The translations under genes and the position numbers were made by a program. Positions 39,455 to 49,403 of a stretch of DNA of 64,000 bases are shown here, in pieces (the first letter of the stretch is position 1; each line of letters starts with the position of its first letter). The notes beneath the pieces were generated by a model. That model saw only the letters and a list, made by a program, of their open reading frames with translations. It searched no databases and had not been told where the DNA came from. The stretch spans positions 248,001-312,000 of IMG/VR virus record IMGVR_UViG_3300032242_003291. The stretch is one strand, 5' to 3'.

Positions 39455-40316
39455 ATTCTTCGTTTTTTAATGTTTTATGTAGGTTGTTTATTGTTTCCTG
39501 TAAATTAGAAATATAAGTAAGATTTCTGGTTTGTTCAAGTATTTGAATGTGTTCTGATAATGTTTTGAAATCTAAAGAACCTAATGTTGTTGTAAATTTA
39601 TCTATGAAATCTTTTGATTTTCTTGTTTTTTTCATGTGAACGAAATAAGCCCTAAAATACCAAAAAATTGTTTGGAGTTCATTTTCAGTCCACCCATTAT
39701 TCAAAAGAGCGGTATCTGCAACATCTGAATCATTAGCATTATAAACTAAAACTTCACCTGAGAACGCACTAAAATTATACTCAAGATACAATGCGAATTT
39801 ATTATAGTTTGTTTGTCTTTTACCTGTCTTATCAATAATATAACCAAGTAATCCGTTTCTAACGTATCGTTGAAAGGTGCTTGTATCATTTCTACTAGCC
39901 GTACACCATTTGGTGCCTGCACCGTATTTTAATGAACCTCTATGAGTTAAAGGTGATAATAACAAATAATCATCAGTCTCATGTAAAACTATAACATGTT
40001 CGTCTCGGATAAAAGTTTTTTCATCTTTGATTTCTTCTGCCCGAAGTATAGTTTTTCTTAACAGACTAAGACTGGTATAATCCTTGGCGTAAATGTCTTT
40101 GTTATCTATGTAAGGTAACAACTCATCGAACTTGTTCACTAAATCTATAAGACCATCAGTTGTCGATGGACAATCGTTATAACCTCTATTTGACCAACTT
40201 TTTAATAAGTAATCTAAATATTTTTTTGTTGGTGTCTTATCTGCATCGACAAGTTTATTAAATGTTCTTGCTATGACTCCCTCATATTTGAGTTTTAATT
40301 CATCAACTTTTGACAT
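39429..40316 (-). CDS. GTKWCT-domain protein (paralogue of 2642..4402)
   Basis: GSLKYGAGTKWCTAS...F.RY...G.L.YI.DK; TACCTTTG upstream. Confidence 0.75.
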   Translation of the reverse strand: MSKVDELKLKYEGVIARTFNKLVDADKTPTKKYLDYLLKSWSNRGYNDCPSTTDGLIDLVNKFDELLPYIDNKDIYAKDYTSLSLLRKTILRAEEIKDEKTFIRDEHVIVLHETDDYLLLSPLTHRGSLKYGAGTKWCTASRNDTSTFQRYVRNGLLGYIIDKTGKRQTNYNKFALYLEYNFSAFSGEVLVYNANDSDVADTALLNNGWTENELQTIFWYFRAYFVHMKKTRKSKDFIDKFTTTLGSLDFKTLSEHIQILEQTRNLTYISNLQETINNLHKTLKNEEYARFRTEG

Positions 40317-40356
40317 ATATTAATTTTTTACGAAAGACAAAGGTAAGTGAAAACTA

Positions 40357-41214
40357 TTACTTAACCAAATATTTTTTGATGTCCATATCTAAAACAGTCT
40401 TGATGATGTCTTGAGGGACTCTATATTCATCAAAGAACGTATCCTCTTTCAAATGTGAGATGATACAACCATAAAGTTTGATGTTCTCATATTTTGTACC
40501 CTGTAACATCTTAATCAACAACTTACCATATAAAGGTAATTGAAGATAGTAGTGACCTAACGCATTGTCAGGATATTGTTCGAATGGGTCTTTTAATCTT
40601 TTGGTATAACTGTTCTCTTGGAAATTCTTTGGTTTATTAGTCTTCCAATCTGTAATCAAAAGACCGAATTCATCACCAGTCTTGTTCAATGTCAACCATA
40701 CTTTATCGGGTTGTCCTGTATATCCCAAATCAGGGTCACCTAATACCATCTCCGTATCAAGTAATTCCACCTTTCTATTTTCCATTAACTCAAGGTATCG
40801 TTTACCCGCAAAAATCATATTATCACTCTTCATTAACTGAGTAAGGTCACAATCAAATATTGGTTGCCTTACTTCTTTGTATCCACCATATTTTTCTATA
40901 AGAGTCTTCTCCAACATAAAGTGAACTCTACTTCCTAAATTAGTTGAGTAGTCACCAGCAGCTGCCCACTCCTCAATTAATTGTTGTTGTTTTTGTGGGT
41001 CCCCACCAGCTTTGTTATACGCCGCTTCTTCAGTTGGAAATTCAGTGTAGAATTTTTTTAATACTTTTGATACTGAAGGATAATCTCTACGACCATTCAT
41101 AGTGTAGATGTGTTTATCTTCTTCGAATGTTAATCCAAGTGACTCTTGTCTTACTTTGATTAAATCTCTAATCTCTTTGGCTATGTTACTTAAATTCATA
41201 ATAGTATTCTTCAA
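40357..41214 (-). CDS. PD-(D/E)XK exonuclease
   Basis: SVSKVL, GSRVH, GQPDKVW, ITDWKTNK, YYLQLPLY. Confidence 0.85.
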   Translation of the reverse strand: MKNTIMNLSNIAKEIRDLIKVRQESLGLTFEEDKHIYTMNGRRDYPSVSKVLKKFYTEFPTEEAAYNKAGGDPQKQQQLIEEWAAAGDYSTNLGSRVHFMLEKTLIEKYGGYKEVRQPIFDCDLTQLMKSDNMIFAGKRYLELMENRKVELLDTEMVLGDPDLGYTGQPDKVWLTLNKTGDEFGLLITDWKTNKPKNFQENSYTKRLKDPFEQYPDNALGHYYLQLPLYGKLLIKMLQGTKYENIKLYGCIISHLKEDTFFDEYRVPQDIIKTVLDMDIKKYLVK

Positions 41215-42100
41215 TTTGTCCCCTTAAATCACAAATGTCTTTGTCTAAAGGTAGTTTAACAATTTTTATTTTATTATATAATTTTCCACCATTCAACTCG
41301 TTATAAACTTTCACACCATCTGTCCAAGCATCTCCATCGGTACAAATGATGATGTTTCCCTCAGCTCTTTCGTATAATGTTTGGAAAAGAAGTTTACTCA
41401 TTTTCTTACCTAACATCACAATTGAATTCTCAATGAAGAATCCGTCAAACGCACCTTCCACCAAATATACATCTTTTGTCCAATCTATCAGTCCCTCGTT
41501 GAATATTATCTCATCTTTTGGTACCGCAGGATTCTTATATTTCATCTTCCTTGGTGTCCAAGCTCTTGCAACATAATAGTTCAATACCCCATCCTTGTCG
41601 AACGAAGGTACGATAATTCTGAATGCAAAATCACCTTTTACAGTATAACCTATCTTATATTTTTCAATCATTTCGTCATTTATACCCCTTGATTGCAAAT
41701 ACTTGTAAGCTTCTATATGTGGAATGAACCTTGGATTGGAGTCTTTGAAGGTCGTGTAACCCTCAGGAAGTCTTAATTTTGGTCGTTTCTTTTCTTCCTG
41801 CTTGAGTTCTTCAGGTTTAATTAAGTTGTAGAGTTTCTTTTGGGCTTTGGTTGCATAACCATCGAATAACTTACCCAACGGACCGTGAGTTCCGTGTGTC
41901 TCACCACAAGCCCAACATTTGTATACGTGTCTTGAATAGTTGATTTCAAGGTTTCCCTTACCATCACCTTGGTCTAACCCTTTCTCTTCAGCACAAACAG
42001 GACAGTCGAAAGATATCTGACCCTTCGACTCATAGTGTTGTTTTGGTGTACCTAATACATCAGTTAACAACTCAACCAATACTTCAACTTCATCTGACAT
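41186..42100 (-). CDS. DNA primase (Zn finger + TOPRIM)
   Basis: CPVC...CWAC; YLVEGAFD; DGDA; TATATTTG at 42105-42112. Confidence 0.88.
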   Translation of the reverse strand: MSDEVEVLVELLTDVLGTPKQHYESKGQISFDCPVCAEEKGLDQGDGKGNLEINYSRHVYKCWACGETHGTHGPLGKLFDGYATKAQKKLYNLIKPEELKQEEKKRPKLRLPEGYTTFKDSNPRFIPHIEAYKYLQSRGINDEMIEKYKIGYTVKGDFAFRIIVPSFDKDGVLNYYVARAWTPRKMKYKNPAVPKDEIIFNEGLIDWTKDVYLVEGAFDGFFIENSIVMLGKKMSKLLFQTLYERAEGNIIICTDGDAWTDGVKVYNELNGGKLYNKIKIVKLPLDKDICDLRGQIEEYYYEFK

Positions 42101-42117
42101 ATTACAAATATAGTAAA

Positions 42118-42279
42118 TTATTTGTCAATATCATCAGGATGGATTCCTATAACGTGTGCTCTCCACCATTTTTTTACTGGATGTGATTCTTCTAAGTTTT
42201 TTTCAATTACTATTGCCACGATAATGAACGTTACTACCGATAATAGACAAAGTAAGTACAAGTAAGCTAATGCTATCAT
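42118..42279 (-). CDS. small membrane protein
   Basis: one TM helix; likely start MIALA. Confidence 0.55.
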   Translation of the reverse strand: MIALAYLYLLCLLSVVTFIIVAIVIEKNLEESHPVKKWWRAHVIGIHPDDIDK

Positions 42280-42280
42280 A

Positions 42281-42640
42281 TTATTCCCATTTAATTTTTC
42301 CAATATTGTAATAATCACCAATTTCAACACCAAAATATTTCATCCTTGTTTTAACATCAAATAAAGATGATTTTCTCAAAAATCTATTAAGTTTAATTTT
42401 TGAAATATTATGAGTTTTTAATATTGTATTGGTATGCCAAGCTCTTTTCTCACGACCCATCCTAACAAAGATGTTTCCTTCGAAAACAACATCAACTTCT
42501 TCGGAGAAACTATATTTTCTGTAATTTTTAATCTTGACGATACCTTCTACATGCTCAGTACAGATAGGTATTTCACCCCACTTTTTAAGTGACTTCTTAA
42601 TCGCCTTAGTCTCATCATTTTGAATTATGTATCTCGCCAT
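42281..42640 (-). CDS. hypothetical protein
   Basis: likely start MARYI; TATCTTTG at 42647-42654. Confidence 0.7.
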   Translation of the reverse strand: MARYIIQNDETKAIKKSLKKWGEIPICTEHVEGIVKIKNYRKYSFSEEVDVVFEGNIFVRMGREKRAWHTNTILKTHNISKIKLNRFLRKSSLFDVKTRMKYFGVEIGDYYNIGKIKWE

Positions 42641-42670
42641 AGATGACAAAGATACGGAGAATAAATTAAA

Positions 42671-43273
42671 CTACCAAATTTCTTGCATCTTCATATAACC
42701 CAAAGCCGCACAATATGCGTCGGTTTGGTCATAATTTTCCTTTTTAAGGGTATTGTTTTTGGTATATTGCCAAGTGATTTGAGGTTCACGTTTAGCAACC
42801 AACTCCCATATTATAACTTTTTTATCTATGTCTTTAGGGAACCCTCCAAATAAAACATGCTTACCTTTGTCGTTCTGTTGAACTAAATGTGGAAAGGCGA
42901 ATTTTCTTGAGTTGTAAGTAGATACAAATTCAGGCACCACACCTAAAACATCGTAGACTTCTTTACAAACTAATGTATTGAATCTCATTAATGTCCCTAC
43001 AGTGTAAACGTTGTTTGAGTTAAGTAATGGTTCTTCGATAACCACACTTGTAATTCCCATGTTGACGTAGTCTTCTAATTTTTTTCTAAAAATACCACTC
43101 TTAAGGATTAATTCCTCAATCTTGTTTTCAACTTTAGGTTTAGGGATTGGAGATATGTGAGTTAACTCTAATAAGTTTTTACTTTCAATATCAAATAATG
43201 CCCACCCAATTGTTTTTGTGGATACATCTAAGCCTAATACTTTTGGAGAATCTTTACCTATTGTTTTTGCCAT
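42671..43273 (-). CDS. RuvC-like Holliday junction resolvase
   Basis: VLGLDVSTKTIGWA, VVIEEP, DQTDAY acidic catalytic set. Confidence 0.8.
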   Translation of the reverse strand: MAKTIGKDSPKVLGLDVSTKTIGWALFDIESKNLLELTHISPIPKPKVENKIEELILKSGIFRKKLEDYVNMGITSVVIEEPLLNSNNVYTVGTLMRFNTLVCKEVYDVLGVVPEFVSTYNSRKFAFPHLVQQNDKGKHVLFGGFPKDIDKKVIIWELVAKREPQITWQYTKNNTLKKENYDQTDAYCAALGYMKMQEIW

Positions 43274-43275
43274 GA

Positions 43276-45474
43276 TTAAAAATCTAATTTAACTACATAT
43301 TGCTGAATACCTTGTCTCAATTCAGGAGATTGTAGTTTAGATATAACCATAAGGTCTTTATTACTATTGTAAAGACCAATTTCAGTAACATAGGATGTTG
43401 TACCAGAAACCCAAGTTGGATTTGACGTATTGGTAAATTGATTTCTACCAAGATTAATTAGGTATTTCATCTCGTATATCGTTGCAGATATGTCAGTAGT
43501 TAGATTACCATAGAAATAATACTCATCACCAAAATTCAATGTGTCTGGTTGACCATTCATTGGTATGTCGATGTAGTTATTCAATTGGTAAATTGTTGCT
43601 CCTGTTGCAGGATAATAGTCATCTTGATTGATTTGGAATGTAACACCTGTTAACGAATCTGTTGTAATAAATCCATTGTTCAAAGTCATTGCTGATGTAA
43701 CATCAATCTCTCTCCATGCAGTTGCGGATGGTCTTGTATCACCTGTAACAAGTTGACATAATAACTTCATCGAAGTTGCTGTGAATCCTGTCATACCTGA
43801 TTGTGATAAGAACGGGAACTCAGCTCCGAATCTAACCGCCACGTTTTCAGTGTTTGCAGTTACGGAGTCAGCGGCTTTAATAACAGAATAGTAATTACAA
43901 TGTAAAGATGATGTTGCACCTGACACAGTATCAAATCTATAAGTAACCCATAATCTTTGAGCTGGATTTGTCATTATACCTTCTTGTGTTGAACCATTTG
44001 GATAACAGATATTTGGTGTTATCAACGAAAGTTTTGGTGCTGGTAGAGTCCAGTTTCTGTTTGATTTGTTAGATAATGCGGCAATTACTTCTTCATCATC
44101 AATAACCACAATCTCTTGGTCTGGAAATACTTTTCCAATTCTATTTAAGTTGGCATTACTATCAGGATTCAAATCCCATAGATGATAATATCTAATACCA
44201 GGGTCATTCATATCCAAATTCTTTGTTGATTTAATGTAATAAGGTATACATAAATCATAACCTGGAGGGTCTATCCAAAATGTCTCACCTATAGTAGAAC
44301 CTGTTGATTTGTGCCACATCAATGTAGGTATGTTAAGTTTGAAGTGTCTTGCCAAACCTATATTATCATTTGGATTTTGTGGGTCAAATGGAACAGTTGA
44401 GAACTTCTCACCATATACGTTATCAATGTTTTGATTTGTATAGTGAATGATTGCAATCGCCTTTTGATTCTTTGGTGTAACTATAATTTTTTCATCGAAG
44501 GAGTTATAGTAAAATACCTTACTCGTATCTGTTTGACCACTCGGCTCTTGATATCCGAGATATTCTTTAGTTCCAATATAAGTTACTGAATTATACATGT
44601 CATACCCTTGATAATAACTTGTGAATACGCCTGCAGGATTTTCAGACCAAGGAATATTCATATTCCATATTGGTGTATCCAAACGTTGTGCAACATTACA
44701 AGGAGATTCAAAGTTCAGTACATCATTAGACCAATAAGGTGCTGGTGTATTAAAATCATATAATTGAGTCATGCCAGATGGGTAAATGTACGCTCTTGCA
44801 TAATAGGTACCTGTATTAAGTAATGGGTATGATGGAACTGCTCTATCCAATGTAAGTGTGAAAGTTGTACCAGTTACTCCTGTTGTTGGAGTCATTGACT
44901 GAATCTTATATGTTAAAATTTGATTAGTGCCAAAAGTACCACATCCACCATTACCATCAAGAACTAATGTAACAAAATCATTAACTTGCGGAGTTCCTGT
45001 ACAAGTTGGTGAACAAACTGAATAATCATATTCAACTGTAATTGATGTTTGACCTGTCAATGTTGACATATCAACCCAATAGTTTGAAGTGATTGTGTAG
45101 GCTGAAGATGTTTGTATTTGAGTATTACCTGTTGTAAAAAATCCTTTTGGTCCCGCAGAATTATATACCTCCTGAACAATACTATCCATATAAGGAATAC
45201 CATATGTGTTACCCGCGCCACCTTGAACGTAATATGGATATTTTACGTTTTGTTTGTTTGATTCAGGAGAACCAGTATCATTTTGAGCATTGAATGCAGG
45301 CATCAAAATATTATTATTAACTTGATTATAATTGGTTACAGCTGAATAATTAACTTCACTATCACCTATTTGGAAATAAGCAATATTAAAATTACCTTGG
45401 GAGATATATCTTCTTCCAACATCTGTAACTCTTGTGTTAATTAATCCTGAGGTATTTTTTAGAATATATGACAT
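43276..45474 (-). CDS. virion structural protein (baseplate/tail-collar-like)
   Basis: N-terminal VTDVGR...FQIGDSEVNY and C-terminal VTEIGLYN...LMVISKL motifs; TATTTAT at 45480-45486. Confidence 0.6.
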   Translation of the reverse strand: MSYILKNTSGLINTRVTDVGRRYISQGNFNIAYFQIGDSEVNYSAVTNYNQVNNNILMPAFNAQNDTGSPESNKQNVKYPYYVQGGAGNTYGIPYMDSIVQEVYNSAGPKGFFTTGNTQIQTSSAYTITSNYWVDMSTLTGQTSITVEYDYSVCSPTCTGTPQVNDFVTLVLDGNGGCGTFGTNQILTYKIQSMTPTTGVTGTTFTLTLDRAVPSYPLLNTGTYYARAYIYPSGMTQLYDFNTPAPYWSNDVLNFESPCNVAQRLDTPIWNMNIPWSENPAGVFTSYYQGYDMYNSVTYIGTKEYLGYQEPSGQTDTSKVFYYNSFDEKIIVTPKNQKAIAIIHYTNQNIDNVYGEKFSTVPFDPQNPNDNIGLARHFKLNIPTLMWHKSTGSTIGETFWIDPPGYDLCIPYYIKSTKNLDMNDPGIRYYHLWDLNPDSNANLNRIGKVFPDQEIVVIDDEEVIAALSNKSNRNWTLPAPKLSLITPNICYPNGSTQEGIMTNPAQRLWVTYRFDTVSGATSSLHCNYYSVIKAADSVTANTENVAVRFGAEFPFLSQSGMTGFTATSMKLLCQLVTGDTRPSATAWREIDVTSAMTLNNGFITTDSLTGVTFQINQDDYYPATGATIYQLNNYIDIPMNGQPDTLNFGDEYYFYGNLTTDISATIYEMKYLINLGRNQFTNTSNPTWVSGTTSYVTEIGLYNSNKDLMVISKLQSPELRQGIQQYVVKLDF

Positions 45475-45508
45475 CTTATATAAATATTTTTGTTTTTACT
45501 TTATGGTA

Positions 45509-48463
45509 TTACATACAACACTCCAAACTATTTGTTACTGTTGAACCTCCATTTAAGACAATAGCATTATTGTTATAATGTCCATATAAAGTTGGAGTAC
45601 CATACACGTTATTGTTACAAATTGCATGATAATAGTTGTCAGCTTGAGTATAATATATGTCTACAGGGACTTTACTAATACAATCATAGTATCTTAACCA
45701 AACTGTATTATTCCAATTAGGAGTTGAGTTACCATAAGAAGCATCAAAATCCGAGGTGGTTAAAACAAGATTATAATACGTACAATCACATGACGATACA
45801 GGGTCAGCATTTTTCTGATATGATGTCGTAACATCAATTGTATCTACAGTATCTCCTGCAACTGATGTACAACAAATACATCCATTTATTATAGGATTAG
45901 TTATATGTCCACTAATTTTTCCTTCCAAAACAGTAACACAACTATTTGTACTTATTTGTCCGTCAGTTATTACTAAATCTGATGTGCTTGTTACTAATAT
46001 AGTAGAGGTACTTGATAAAGTAATATTATATGATTGGGTGTCCGTTATTGTTGTTTGAGACTCAGGACTACAATTTGGTCTCGTTGTTGTATTGGTAGTT
46101 GTTTTTGGATTTAATGCAACAAGATTATTACCGTCTTGTGATACCACAATTCCATTTGATATTGTACCAGTACCTGGTCCGTTCACAATTTTGAATGAAG
46201 AGAAGTCCAAGGTAGCTTGTATTGTTACTCCCGTTGGTATTGCTGGTGTTGAAATTATATTATATCTACTTACTCCCGAATTTTTATTCGATGAAGGATT
46301 TGTTTGTGAATCGACTAATTTAAATGATAATTGATATGTTGTTGGTGCTTGATTAAATCCAATTGTAATAACATTTGATAAAGTTGTCCCTGAAGAATCT
46401 TTAACCAATGTAGTATATGTGTTCGGACATAAATTGAAGAAGAAGTTACTTGTTTGCCAAGTCAATCCATTATTGATTGAATATACATATGGTGATGTAC
46501 CATAAGATGCAGCAATCGTAATTGAACCATCACAGTTTTGTGTTCCATTACAAGTACTATTTTGATAAGTAACTTGAGCTTGTAAAGGTACTTTGGTAGG
46601 ACAATCACCTTCAGTCATTGTGACTGTATAAGTTATACTTCCTCCAGCCACTTGCCATAAAGCCGTTGGAATATTAGATGTTGTTGTACTTACGAATATT
46701 CCACCTCCATCGGAAATAAATGGTGTCTTCATATCTTGTTCAACAATTTCCCAAACAAGATTATTCCAAATAATATTATAAGTCCCGTTTGTCCAAGTAG
46801 TTTTTCCATTAAACATACCATTACATGTAAATTGTAATGGACCATAGGAAGTTGTACTACTAATTGCAACAAAACATAATTTAGGACATGTACCTGAAGG
46901 AGTAACAGTTGGAGTTGCAGTCACTGTTGGTGTTGGAGTTGATGTAGGTGCAAAAATACTACAAATTGTTGTTGCTGTATAATCACGATAATAATCAATA
47001 ACCGTGCATTGATAAGTTCCTCCTGAAATTCCTGATAATGTTTGATTTCTTTGTCCATTATCCCAATAAAACGAATAAGGGCTTGTTCCACCAGTTACAT
47101 TCAAAGATAAAATTCCATCATTTGAGTTTGCAGAAGATGGATACTTAATAACATTACAAGTTGCACCCATGTCAAACAATGTGAACACCTGACAATCGTT
47201 TTGAGGTTTATATACTGGTAAATTACTTGAGGTTGGAGTAATTGATGGAGTTAATGTAGGAGTTGGTGAAGATGTGATTGAAGGTGTGGGTGTAACTGCT
47301 GGTGTCGATGTTGTTGTTGGCGTAGGTGTTGGTGTTGGTGTTACACAATTTGCGGCATAACTGACGTATAACTTAGTCACACCATTTGTTGCTTTTGAAT
47401 AATCTAATGTGATAGGTAAACCGACTTGTGTTCCTTGAACAAAATTTCCACAGCAATCGGTATAATAATAATTTCCTGTTGTAATACCTTGACCACAATT
47501 AAGTTGTGTAGTTGTAGGTGTTGGGTTGGGCGTTCTTGTCATTGTAGGTGTATTAGTAGGTGTAGAAGTGTTTGTTGGTGTTGGCGTGGGTGTATTTGAA
47601 GGTGCTGGTGTACTGGTTGATGTTGGTGTTGGCGTCGGTGTATTACTAGATGTTGGTGTCGGTGTTGGTGCAACGCAGTATTGATAACTAACACAATTTC
47701 CACTACATGTTGAATAAACGTATCCTGATGGACAAGTATATCCTGAAGATGTGTAGTTTCCATTTATGTCTTGAGCAAGAGTAAATTGTGTAACATTACC
47801 TGTTGTAAAGATAATATTCAAATCATTCATTGTAGTTGCTCCTGTTAATTGAGCCAATGTGTTGTCGTAAATTTCACATCCGAAACCAGCAGGATTTGTA
47901 CTTCCACCTGGGTCGTTCAATCCGTATAATTCCAACGTATGATTTCCAGCCCCAATTTCAACAGGGTATACATGCCAGTAGGTAAATGCACTATATTGAC
48001 CTGAATAAGGTGCTGGTGAAGCCTTTGTGTTCAAGATTTGAACTCCGTCTAATACAAGTCTAAATTCATTATCCGCAGCAATACCAACATAATAGGTTTT
48101 TGTTGCAATAAATCCTGTTAAACATTTTGAAAATCCTAACCAAGTGTTAATCGGAGTCGCATTTAATGCAGTTGTATCCCAAATTGCGGTTCTATTCAAA
48201 GGTCCTTGACTTGAAGATAAACCTGGGTTAGCCCAAATATTGTTTGTTGTAACTATACCATAAGTTGTACCTGTACCACAAACTGAAAATCCTGGTTCAT
48301 AAAATACAGTACCGTATCTTGAATATAAATTGTATGACGTTCTTACAACAGGTAAGATTGTTGTAGGAGGCGTAGCCCCAACCACAACCTCTCTAAAACA
48401 AGAGTTGTCGTCATATGGGTACCAAGTATACGCTGGATTACAATCTGAACAGTTATATGCCAT
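45509..48463 (-). CDS. Cys-rich, Pro/Thr-linker virion/adhesion protein with SprB-like repeats
   Basis: N-domain shared with the collagen fibre; TPTP tracts; DGILSLNVTGGTSPYSFYW and DGSITIAASYGTSPYVYSIN repeats. Confidence 0.7.
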   Translation of the reverse strand: MAYNCSDCNPAYTWYPYDDNSCFREVVVGATPPTTILPVVRTSYNLYSRYGTVFYEPGFSVCGTGTTYGIVTTNNIWANPGLSSSQGPLNRTAIWDTTALNATPINTWLGFSKCLTGFIATKTYYVGIAADNEFRLVLDGVQILNTKASPAPYSGQYSAFTYWHVYPVEIGAGNHTLELYGLNDPGGSTNPAGFGCEIYDNTLAQLTGATTMNDLNIIFTTGNVTQFTLAQDINGNYTSSGYTCPSGYVYSTCSGNCVSYQYCVAPTPTPTSSNTPTPTPTSTSTPAPSNTPTPTPTNTSTPTNTPTMTRTPNPTPTTTQLNCGQGITTGNYYYTDCCGNFVQGTQVGLPITLDYSKATNGVTKLYVSYAANCVTPTPTPTPTTTSTPAVTPTPSITSSPTPTLTPSITPTSSNLPVYKPQNDCQVFTLFDMGATCNVIKYPSSANSNDGILSLNVTGGTSPYSFYWDNGQRNQTLSGISGGTYQCTVIDYYRDYTATTICSIFAPTSTPTPTVTATPTVTPSGTCPKLCFVAISSTTSYGPLQFTCNGMFNGKTTWTNGTYNIIWNNLVWEIVEQDMKTPFISDGGGIFVSTTTSNIPTALWQVAGGSITYTVTMTEGDCPTKVPLQAQVTYQNSTCNGTQNCDGSITIAASYGTSPYVYSINNGLTWQTSNFFFNLCPNTYTTLVKDSSGTTLSNVITIGFNQAPTTYQLSFKLVDSQTNPSSNKNSGVSRYNIISTPAIPTGVTIQATLDFSSFKIVNGPGTGTISNGIVVSQDGNNLVALNPKTTTNTTTRPNCSPESQTTITDTQSYNITLSSTSTILVTSTSDLVITDGQISTNSCVTVLEGKISGHITNPIINGCICCTSVAGDTVDTIDVTTSYQKNADPVSSCDCTYYNLVLTTSDFDASYGNSTPNWNNTVWLRYYDCISKVPVDIYYTQADNYYHAICNNNVYGTPTLYGHYNNNAIVLNGGSTVTNSLECCM

Positions 48464-48530
48464 TTATGATGTTATTATATCCTATAAGTATAGGTTTTAA
48501 TGATATTTTGTATAGGTTTATCATATCTAA

Positions 48531-49175
48531 CTAACACTGTACAAAGTTTACTATCTCACCAACAACGTTAATCTGCACCGCATAATAATTACTTCCCCAC
48601 CCCATTTTAATCCATCTATTTTGACCATTAAATGGATTATATAAAGTAATACCAACTTTAGTTTGATAAACCACAGCACCATTAACAGGGACTGAATTTG
48701 CTTGACTAATGTAAGTGTAATAGTTATTAACCGTAATGGTTTCATTACAAGTATTTGCTGAGGTCACGGAAGTTGTTTGACCGATAGCGTGTGTTGCGAT
48801 TGCTGGCGTTAAGGATGGTGTTGGTGTAAAAGTTGGTGTAACTGTAGGTGTTGCAGATTGTGTTGGAGTTATTGTTGGTGTTACTGATTCAGTTGGTGTT
48901 TGTGTTATAGTTTGACTTGGAGTTATTGTTGGTGTTGGTGTATGACTGGCTGTGGGTGTAGGTGTGATTAATACAACATTACCGTCAATACATCCTTGTG
49001 TATCAACAATCTTTACAACAAAATCTACTGTATCATAAGGGTCTGGTACATCAAATACAAATGGAAATGTTGATACAGTTGCAACATAAACACAACTTGC
49101 ACTATATGAATCACAATAGTATATGTTTACTGGTGTGTTAGCCGTTACTGATGTTATGGTTACTTGTTGACTCAT
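48531..49175 (-). CDS. Pro/Thr-rich virion protein
   Basis: start MSQQV overlaps the upstream TGA; N-domain paralogous to 49172..49390. Confidence 0.7.
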   Translation of the reverse strand: MSQQVTITSVTANTPVNIYYCDSYSASCVYVATVSTFPFVFDVPDPYDTVDFVVKIVDTQGCIDGNVVLITPTPTASHTPTPTITPSQTITQTPTESVTPTITPTQSATPTVTPTFTPTPSLTPAIATHAIGQTTSVTSANTCNETITVNNYYTYISQANSVPVNGAVVYQTKVGITLYNPFNGQNRWIKMGWGSNYYAVQINVVGEIVNFVQC

Positions 49176-49390
49176 TGAACTACTGTTACTCCTGAAATTA
49201 TACAATTATTATTATCAATCACTTTCAACATATAAGATGGTGAAGTGTTGTATGGCGATGGTATGTCAAATATGTATGGAGTTGAACTTATTGTTGTAAT
49301 ATAAAAACAAGCCGAGCCATTGGGTTGACAAACAAACACATCGTATGGTGATTGTCCTGTTATACTATCTATTGTTACTTGAATTGCCAT
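49172..49390 (-). CDS. small beta-rich virion protein
   Basis: 72 aa with three Cys. Confidence 0.7.
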   Translation of the reverse strand: MAIQVTIDSITGQSPYDVFVCQPNGSACFYITTISSTPYIFDIPSPYNTSPSYMLKVIDNNNCIISGVTVVQ

Positions 49391-49403
49391 TATCTTAAAT
49401 ATT

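Noticed and set aside
40357-41214. Cas4 / CRISPR adaptation role for the exonuclease
   Set aside because: No Fe-S cysteine cluster, and it lies beside the primase in a replication operon
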